The notes beneath the pieces are model-generated. The model had not been told where the DNA came from, searched no databases, and worked only from the letters and a program-made list of their open reading frames with translations. From the IMG/VR virus record IMGVR_UViG_3300045988_101410: a stretch of 5,002 bases of DNA; one strand, given 5' to 3'. Positions 1 to 4,917 of this stretch are shown here, in pieces. This DNA is from a virus. How positions within the stretch are numbered: position 1 is the first letter of the stretch; each line of letters opens with the position of its first letter. The position numbers were made by a program, and so were the translations under genes.

Positions 1-119
1 ACTTTTTTTTATTTACCTTGCTACGTTTAGCCATAAACGATACCTCCTAACAAAAAAAATACTGGGATTTTAAAGAGCATAGGTTAAACGCAATTACATT
101 ATAACACTAATCCATAAAA
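1..119. repeat. Terminal redundancy from linearising a circular genome; exact copy of 4884..5002
   Basis: Direct comparison shows 1..119 and 4884..5002 are identical, 119/119. The unique genome length is therefore 4883 nt, which fits a circular Microviridae genome. Confidence 0.95.
98..106 (-). promoter_or_regulatory. Extended -10 element TGTTATAAT on the coding strand, immediately after the VP2 stop and upstream of the small basic ORF
   Basis: The minus strand reads TAG-TGTTATAATG. It has a TGn plus a perfect TATAAT. No good -35 is present (TTACAG at 17 nt), which an extended -10 tolerates. It lies about 60 nt upstream of the ORF8-like ATG. Confidence 0.3.
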
Positions 120-1048
120 CCTGTAAACGGAGAAAATATCTTAATTAATTCTCCAGTACCAAATAAATCTTGTCTTAAACCTGTATTGCTATCCTTTCCA
201 CTTGTTAAAGGGTAACGATTATATAAAATATTGCCTTCCGTCTGTGTCTTAAAAGTCTGGGCATTATAATTATTAATACGAGCGGAAATCTCTCCAACTT
301 CTGCAAGTCCTTTTTGTGTCAAGGCTCCTTGTAATTGCCTTAAAGAAATACCATTCTGTTGGGCAACTTGTGCCATTAACTCCTGTGCAGCAGCGTTACG
401 TTGTGCGGCCGAAGCAGACATCAAAGCAGCGTCTCCAGTTTTTTGTAAATAAACAATTTTAGCAGCCAACTCCTGAACAGAATTAGTAATACGTTGCTGA
501 ATTTCGGAAATTTGCATTTTATTCATAGCTGTTTCATTTTCCTGCTTTTGTTTAGTATAATTAGTCATTGCGCCTAAATAACTAATATTTGCATTATTAT
601 ATTCTACGGCAGAATTAGTTTTAACTTGGTCGTTATGGGCTTCTATCATGCGAGCTTGGGAATTAATCTGATTAGCGTCTGCATTAGTTAAATTTGCTTT
701 TGCATTATCTTGTTTTACTTGTAATTCTTTTTCTAAAAGCTCAGTCTGTTTCTTAGCAAATGCAGAATTAGCAATCTTATTTAAAGCACCGGAAATATCA
801 GGGGCGGTTACATTTGCAGTAGCACCAGAAATACTACCACCAGCAGAATTAGTAGCAGATAAAATAGGATTTAAACCTGCTTTTCGCAAATCTTCAACTT
901 CCCATTGATGACGATTTTGCATAGACTCTCTTTGAGCATTAATAGAATTAGCTTGCATTTCAAAAGCGGCGGAATTTGATTGATTAGCACCCCAAATACT
1001 AGAACCAGCACCAATAACAGCGCCAGCAATATCACCTAAAAAACTCAT
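107..1048 (-). CDS. VP2: VP2 minor capsid / DNA pilot protein (313 aa from the second Met; the ORF track starts 3 codons earlier at 1057)
   Basis: 316-aa ORF with a Gly/Ala-rich hydrophobic N-terminus (FLGDIAGAVIGAGSSIWGA) and a long Q/N/A-rich coiled-coil-like body, typical of gokushovirus VP2 (the phiX174 H analogue). It lies directly downstream of VP1. An AAGGAG site abuts the first ATG with 0-nt spacing, but sits 9 nt before the ATG at 1046-1048 (the protein begins MFFM), so the second Met is the likelier start. Stop is TAG at 107-109. Confidence 0.8.
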   Translation of the reverse strand: MSFLGDIAGAVIGAGSSIWGANQSNSAAFEMQANSINAQRESMQNRHQWEVEDLRKAGLNPILSATNSAGGSISGATANVTAPDISGALNKIANSAFAKKQTELLEKELQVKQDNAKANLTNADANQINSQARMIEAHNDQVKTNSAVEYNNANISYLGAMTNYTKQKQENETAMNKMQISEIQQRITNSVQELAAKIVYLQKTGDAALMSASAAQRNAAAQELMAQVAQQNGISLRQLQGALTQKGLAEVGEISARINNYNAQTFKTQTEGNILYNRYPLTSGKDSNTGLRQDLFGTGELIKIFSPFTGFMD

Positions 1049-1074
1049 AAAAAACATCTCCTTTATATAAAAAT

Positions 1075-1093
1075 AAGGGGGATAAACCCCCTT
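1075..1093 (-). terminator. G5/C5 stem-loop (aaggggg-ataaa-ccccctt) between VP1 stop and VP2 RBS; terminator/attenuator-like
   Basis: Perfect 7-bp stem with a 5-nt loop. On the coding strand it is followed by ATTTTTAT and then AAGGAG-ATG of VP2. It sits 6 nt after the VP1 stop codon. Confidence 0.5.
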
Positions 1094-1098
1094 TATTA

Positions 1099-2667
1099 TT
1101 AAAAATGGTCAACAAGTCCAGGCACGCTATAAATCGGCATAGGACGTACACAACTAAGAGAAAAATAACAATCTAAAAAAATTTGTGGTTCATTCTGCAC
1201 CGCCAAAACACGAGCCACAGGCGGATTATCCACTATAAACTCCGCATTCAACTTAGGAAGCTCCGCAAACTCTTGAGCAAGGTGCCAAACATCTAAGCTT
1301 TGCGCATACGTACTCCTAAACTTACCAGTAATTTGACTAGGGAAATAACGATATTCTGCCCAGCGTTCCTGATATCCAAATACTTTATCATCATCAGCAG
1401 TACCTTGAGCATAAATTTCCTTATTTAACACAGCCTGCTCACCTAAATGAGCGAGCGCAGGCCAATAATAATCAAATCGAGTCTGACGGCTCCACATTCT
1501 ATTTAAGCCTTGCTGATATGTTAAATCTGCACGTACATTTACAAGACCTATAATATAACCATGTTCCACAAAACTTTTTGTAAAGCCATTAACTTTATCA
1601 CCGAGAACACCATAAGCGGCGAGGTTACCTTGTGGGCTTGTAGTATCCGTTGCGGAAGTCTGTTGCACTGGATTTATATTTATACGTGTAGAAGAACCAC
1701 CTAAATATTCAGGACGTTGAAGCCTAGCGTCCGGAGAAATGACTCCGAAATGCGCTCTTAAAATTTCTGTATAACGTGTACCACCTCTAGCATCACGCTC
1801 ATAAAGCTTTTGAAGCTGGAAAGCTTGTCTTAAGCTATTAATAGTGATAGCAGTCGCACTAGATAAATCTACAGTAACACCACTTTTAGACATATCTATG
1901 CGATTAGTAGGAACAGTAATAGTGGGATTAACAGAAGAACCACCTTGCCAAGTCCAATTCGGATTATGAGACAAACCATTACCATCAGTATTTACACTTA
2001 AAGTATAAGAACCACCCGGAACAGACAAAGTACCATTTAAATTTGCAATAGAACCAAGCGGCAATTCTACTCCGGGGCCTTTTTGTGGCCATGGCAAACA
2101 TGAAGTAAAATAATCATGTCGTTTACCACGTCTTACAAGATTATATTTATTAATAGGGTCGGGACCATCTCCGGTCGGCACCTCTAAACTATCCTGCAAA
2201 TTTTCATCGCGAAACCACTCATTATAAATAAGGTTATAAGCTCGAAACGGAAGAGCATTAATTTTGTCTAAACTTACACCAGTAGGAATACCAAAATAAT
2301 CCGCAATAGAGCCAACCTCATGTTTGCCAGCTTCTAGGGTTGGTATTAAAAAGTCTGTACTGTCTCCAGGGTTTTTCTGTTCTCCGTTAAATTTTTGCCA
2401 GTTATCCCAAACAAGACGATTGGGAACAAAAAAGAAGAACGTTTCTAAATACATATTATCCATAAAAGGAACAACAGGAGTACTCAAACGACCAAATAAA
2501 GTAGCCTTTAAATTAAAAGTATCTCCCGGAAGAACTTCGTCAACAAAAAATGGGACAAGATAACCACTATCAAGCGTGGTTTTATAACCGTGGGAACGAT
2601 TAAAGCTACTACGTTGTATATCAGCTCTCGGAATTTGACTAAACAAATGTTGATTACTAGATTTCAT
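1099..2667 (-). CDS. VP1: VP1 major capsid protein (Microviridae F-family), 522 aa
   Basis: Largest ORF. Its size and position are typical of a gokushovirus major capsid protein. ATG at 2667 is preceded by AAGGTGA at 7-nt spacing. Stop is TAA at 1099-1101. Context is a complete microvirus gene set (Rep VP4, scaffold VP3, VP2). Confidence 0.88.
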   Translation of the reverse strand: MKSSNQHLFSQIPRADIQRSSFNRSHGYKTTLDSGYLVPFFVDEVLPGDTFNLKATLFGRLSTPVVPFMDNMYLETFFFFVPNRLVWDNWQKFNGEQKNPGDSTDFLIPTLEAGKHEVGSIADYFGIPTGVSLDKINALPFRAYNLIYNEWFRDENLQDSLEVPTGDGPDPINKYNLVRRGKRHDYFTSCLPWPQKGPGVELPLGSIANLNGTLSVPGGSYTLSVNTDGNGLSHNPNWTWQGGSSVNPTITVPTNRIDMSKSGVTVDLSSATAITINSLRQAFQLQKLYERDARGGTRYTEILRAHFGVISPDARLQRPEYLGGSSTRININPVQQTSATDTTSPQGNLAAYGVLGDKVNGFTKSFVEHGYIIGLVNVRADLTYQQGLNRMWSRQTRFDYYWPALAHLGEQAVLNKEIYAQGTADDDKVFGYQERWAEYRYFPSQITGKFRSTYAQSLDVWHLAQEFAELPKLNAEFIVDNPPVARVLAVQNEPQIFLDCYFSLSCVRPMPIYSVPGLVDHF

Positions 2668-2702
2668 TATATCACCTTAAATTTTCAGATAATTTTATAA
2701 AA

Positions 2703-2731
2703 TTGACAAAAAAAAAAAAACCTTGTATTAT
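2703..2731 (+). promoter_or_regulatory. Sigma70-like promoter on the antisense strand: TTGACA (2703-2708), 17-nt spacer, TATTAT (2726-2731)
   Basis: Consensus -35 with the optimal 17-nt spacer and a 4/6 -10. It reads away from VP1 into the hairpin/terminator cluster. The genome is AT-rich, so a chance match is possible. The complementary strand also shows CTTATAATAC (a perfect TATAAT) at the same spot, which could serve VP1. Confidence 0.25.
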
Positions 2732-2747
2732 AAGGCTTAGAAGCCTA
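2708..2747 (-). terminator. Short hairpin (aggctt-ag-aagcct) followed by a 13-nt T-run on the coding strand, upstream of VP1
   Basis: Stem 2734-2739 / 2742-2747. A 13-A run at 2708-2720 on the plus strand is a 13-T run on the coding strand. The stem is weak, so this could instead be a poly-T spacer of a promoter. Confidence 0.3.
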
Positions 2748-2754
2748 ACGGATT

Positions 2755-2790
2755 AAAAAAACACCATTTCCAAAAGTATCAAAATGGTGT
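2755..2790 (-). terminator. Intrinsic-terminator-like hairpin plus T-run after VP3 (coding strand)
   Basis: Inverted repeat acaccattt (2761-2769) / aaatggtgt (2782-2790), a perfect 9 bp with a 12-nt loop. On the minus strand it is followed immediately by TTTTTT (plus-strand A-run 2755-2760). Confidence 0.45.
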
Positions 2791-2792
2791 CA

Positions 2793-2840
2793 GTCGGGAC
2801 AGTTACATCAAGTAAGGCTGTCCCGACCACACATTTTTTT
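2793..2840 (+). terminator. Plus-strand (antisense) intrinsic-terminator-like structure: 10-bp GC-rich stem plus T7
   Basis: gtcgggacag (2793-2802) / ctgtcccgac (2818-2827) is a perfect 10-bp stem with a 15-nt loop, followed by cacaca and ttttttt (2834-2840) on the plus strand. On the coding strand the same stem lies 11 nt after the VP3 stop. Confidence 0.4.
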
Positions 2841-3306
2841 ATTGTGTGCCTGCTCCCGCAGGTGCCGGCGGTTCCGGTTTTGGTTCCGGAGTTGGTTCCG
2901 GTTTTGGTTCCGGAGTTGGTTCCGGAGTTGAAGTTTTTTCCATTAATCCAAGTTCTACAGCTTCATCAAAATTGTCGGGGTTCTGCAGAAAACTGATAAG
3001 CTCCGCAGGGTTATTATTAAATCGCTGACGAATTTTAGCAGGTAAATCCATAAAATTTGCTTGTGCCTCTAAAAGCTGATTTTGTACCTGCATATAATCT
3101 TGAGGTAAATTGGAAAAATCGCCAAACATAGGCTGTCTAGCAGACCGTATAAGGGGATTTGTTAATAAACCAGTAGTATTATAAGAAGCAATAATATTAT
3201 TTATATCTGCTTCTTCCTTAAATTGCTGTTGAGCAAGCGAAGGCGCAGAATTAAAAGTCTGCACCTTAGGGGGAGTATCAAACCTAGTATAAAAATTACA
3301 CTTCTT
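2839..3306 (-). CDS. VP3: VP3 internal scaffolding protein (about 155 aa from a GTG start; the ORF track extends it to a TTG at 3387)
   Basis: It contains a segment APSLAQQQFKEEADINNIIASYNTTG that resembles the QxFK(D/E)ECDINNI core I recall for gokushovirus VP3 (Chlamy_scaf family). This is from memory and needs a search. AGGAG at 3319-3323 abuts the ATG at 3318 (0-nt spacing) but sits 9 nt before the GTG at 3304-3306, which also gives a typical ~150-aa VP3. The C-terminus carries (T/K)PEP x5 repeats. Stop is TAA at 2839-2841. Confidence 0.65.
   Translation of the reverse strand, partial: KKCNFYTRFDTPPKVQTFNSAPSLAQQQFKEEADINNIIASYNTTGLLTNPLIRSARQPMFGDFSNLPQDYMQVQNQLLEAQANFMDLPAKIRQRFNNNPAELISFLQNPDNFDEAVELGLMEKTSTPEPTPEPKPEPTPEPKPEPPAPAGAGTQ
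2870..2929. repeat. Five 12-nt tandem repeats (ggttccggtttt / ggttccggagtt) encoding the (T/K)PEP x5 tail of VP3
   Basis: Units at 2870-2881, 2882-2893, 2894-2905, 2906-2917 and 2918-2929, with a degenerate sixth unit at 2861-2869. On the coding strand they give TPEPTPEPKPEPTPEPKPEP. The repeat also creates spurious Gly/Ser-rich plus-strand ORFs. Confidence 0.9.
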
Positions 3307-3577
3307 CACAAATATCATCTCCTGAAGTAGATTGATAAGCAATAACCAAAGATTGAACCTCTGCAACAGTAGAAATATTTTCGGCAACTTTACCAGTATT
3401 TATATTTAAAGTTGCTAATTTATCCAATCTAAAATCTTGGGAAAAACGATTTAAAGAACAATCCGTGTCTGACAAAGCAGAATTAATAACAATTCTTTTC
3501 GCTTGTGCTTCACTTTCTGCAAAGAAAGGCATTAAATAATATTCGGCTTTTTTGTCATAAATAGAGTATAAATTCAC
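3296..3577 (-). CDS. Small conserved gokushovirus protein, VP5-like (possible phiX174 protein C analogue), 93 aa
   Basis: GTG start at 3575-3577, 9 nt after an AAGGAG embedded in the VP4 C-terminal codons (translational coupling: VP4's stop at 3579-3581 is 1 nt before the GTG). The N-terminus MNLYSIYDKKAEYYLMPFF resembles the conserved N-terminus of small gokushovirus proteins found next to VP4. It sits directly after VP4, as VP5 does in gokushoviruses. Function is inferred from position only. Confidence 0.55.
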   Translation of the reverse strand: MNLYSIYDKKAEYYLMPFFAESEAQAKRIVINSALSDTDCSLNRFSQDFRLDKLATLNINTGKVAENISTVAEVQSLVIAYQSTSGDDICEEV

Positions 3578-3578
3578 T

Positions 3579-4478
3579 TTAAATTTCTCCTTCCAAAGGT
3601 CTAATTAATTTTTGTGCTTTTAAAACTTGTATAGCTTCTTTAACTTCCATACGTTCCCAACTTTTTTCATGTTCATCAGATTGTAACGCAAGAAATTTTC
3701 GGCGAGTTTTAATATTGTGCATTTCCTCAGGGTTCCACTCATCATAGATTTTATCATAATAACGAGGGGGCTTGCACTTTATCCCATTTCTAATAACAAC
3801 ATAATCATGAGAGTAAACATCATTAGCAAATTTCTCTAACCAACCACGACCGATACCGGGTCGGCGAGACATTACAACATATTCGGGTTCTCTACCCTTA
3901 TAATGTTCTTCTGCCATATCTCCAGTAATTTTTTTAGTTACATATCTTGCAACATAAGCGCAAGACTCAAATGTAACATTGCCGATAGTAGAGAACCCGA
4001 AAGGCCATAACTTTTCTATCGAGGGGGAACGATAAAGAATATTACCATGTTTATAACTCCAAGGTTTTAAATCGGGGGGTTCAAAACCAAAAAATATAAC
4101 GTGGTAATGTGGTCTTTGTAACTGTTCTCCATATTCACCGCAAGCAAAATAACGAATACCTTCACCAAATTTTTTACGTAATCTCTTAAAAAAAAGTGTT
4201 AAAGCACGCTTATCTAAACTACCATTAGGGGGTAAATTTTGGGGGTTATAAGTAAGCGTTACAAAACAATTTTTCTCATGAAGGGTAGCCTCATGCACAC
4301 AACGAACAGCCCATTGACGGCTTTTTTCTAAACGACAACCAATACATTGACCACAAGGCACTAAAACCGGCATATCTATATAACCTTTTTTGGGATTAAA
4401 AACGATAGGCCAAGCGCCAGTATCGGGATTTCTACCCTCTTTACTTCTATAGCCTGTTATAGGGTGATAACAGGTCAT
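3579..4478 (-). CDS. VP4: VP4 rolling-circle replication initiator protein (phiX174 gpA-like HUH endonuclease), 299 aa
   Basis: It has RCR motif I CFVTLTY (aa 71-77), HUH motif PHYHVIFFG (H124-Y125-H126) and motif III with two tyrosines AYVARYVTKK (Y175 at 3954-3956, Y179 at 3942-3944; compare phiX174 gpA YVAKYV). An N-terminal CGQCIGC cysteine cluster is also present. ATG at 4478 follows AAGGAG at 11-nt spacing. Confidence 0.92.
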   Translation of the reverse strand: MTCYHPITGYRSKEGRNPDTGAWPIVFNPKKGYIDMPVLVPCGQCIGCRLEKSRQWAVRCVHEATLHEKNCFVTLTYNPQNLPPNGSLDKRALTLFFKRLRKKFGEGIRYFACGEYGEQLQRPHYHVIFFGFEPPDLKPWSYKHGNILYRSPSIEKLWPFGFSTIGNVTFESCAYVARYVTKKITGDMAEEHYKGREPEYVVMSRRPGIGRGWLEKFANDVYSHDYVVIRNGIKCKPPRYYDKIYDEWNPEEMHNIKTRRKFLALQSDEHEKSWERMEVKEAIQVLKAQKLIRPLEGEI

Positions 4479-4797
4479 AAAATTAACAACTCCTTATTAA
4501 GGACGTGGGGGATACACCCCCACACCCCTGTAATTTAGTACTACGGGTGCATAACAAGTCTGCACCACTCCGCACTAAATACGTATAACTATACTATTAA
4601 GTTACATGACTGTTGTTACTTAACAGCATATATTGTAATTATAAATGTTAAAACAAATAAAATATACAACAGTACGTATTTAGTTAAATTAATATCTTTC
4701 TTAAACCTAGCTATAATATCACCTCATCAAATAATCCTAAAATGTAACAATAAAAATAATAAAAAAATAATAAACAAATACAAAAGAAATAAACGCA
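4479..4797. promoter_or_regulatory. 319-nt AT-rich non-coding region between the small basic ORF and VP4; candidate origin/promoter region
   Basis: No ORF with a credible ribosome-binding site. It contains the G5/C5 hairpin, a 6-bp ggtgca/tgcacc stem (4546-4566), an imperfect ttaagttac/gttacttaa hairpin (4598-4624) and long A/T tracts. It is the only large non-coding stretch in the genome. Confidence 0.4.
4505..4523 (-). promoter_or_regulatory. Second G5/C5 stem-loop (gtggggg-ataca-cccccac), 12 nt upstream of the VP4 RBS
   Basis: Perfect 7-bp stem with a 5-nt loop. It has the same architecture and the same spacing to an (A)TAAGGAG site as the 1075-1093 hairpin. A C-rich tail cccctg follows. 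Confidence 0.45.
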
Positions 4798-4917
4798 TTA
4801 AATTCTAAAGCCTCCACGCATAGGCTTAGCACGCAAGTTTAAACCTTTTGTTTTTTCCGCAGTCCTAGAAAATAACTTCTTGGACTTTTTTTTATTTACC
4901 TTGCTACGTTTAGCCAT
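4798..4917 (-). CDS. 39-aa highly basic small protein, candidate DNA-binding/packaging protein (phiX174 J / Chlamydia-phage ORF8 analogue); absent from the ORF track
   Basis: Translated by hand: ATG at 4915-4917 (complement) gives MAKRSKVNKKKSKKLFSRTAEKTKGLNLRAKPMRGGFRI, then TAA at 4798-4800. It has 10 K and 6 R in 39 aa and an aromatic/hydrophobic C-terminus like J protein. A TAGGAGGT Shine-Dalgarno site lies 7 nt upstream. The N-terminal 11 codons are duplicated at 34..2 by the terminal redundancy, so the gene crosses the circular junction. Confidence 0.6.
   Translation of the reverse strand: MAKRSKVNKKKSKKLFSRTAEKTKGLNLRAKPMRGGFRI

Noticed and set aside
1-34. Apparent short minus-strand ORF fragment at the window start (MAKRSKVNKKK...)
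   Set aside because: It is not a separate gene. It is the duplicated 5' end of the 4917..4798 small basic ORF, produced by the 119-nt wrap-around.
1049-1057. First ATG of the VP2 ORF (MFFM...)
   Set aside because: AAGGAG directly abuts this ATG at 0-nt spacing, which is non-functional. The fourth codon, ATG at 1046-1048, has 9-nt spacing and is preferred. Only three residues differ, so the uncertainty is minor.
2324-2563. 79-aa plus-strand ORF (MPASRVGIKK...), basic, lying antisense inside VP1
   Set aside because: It is entirely antisense to the well-supported VP1 coding region. No Shine-Dalgarno site was seen. All genuine genes are on the other strand, as expected for a Microviridae genome. 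It is most likely a chance ORF.
2784-3028. Two plus-strand ORFs (70 aa and 60 aa) with Gly/Ser/Val-rich or PVLVPELVP repeat translations
   Set aside because: They are artefacts of the 12-nt tandem repeat read on the opposite strand or frame from VP3. They have low-complexity translations and no ribosome-binding site.
4575-4605. Apparent similarity of ctaaatacgtataactatactattaag to the phiX174 origin core (CAACTTGATATTAATAACACTATAGACCAC)
   Set aside because: They share only AT-richness and a short ACTATA element, and no alignable block, so this is not evidence of a homologous nick site. It is kept only as a weak note within the origin-candidate finding.
4600-4800. Long A/T tracts and AAATAA-type repeats that might suggest a CRISPR array, iterons or a tRNA
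   Set aside because: There is no regular repeat-spacer periodicity and no cloverleaf-compatible GC-rich stems. The pattern is consistent with low-complexity AT-rich intergenic DNA.
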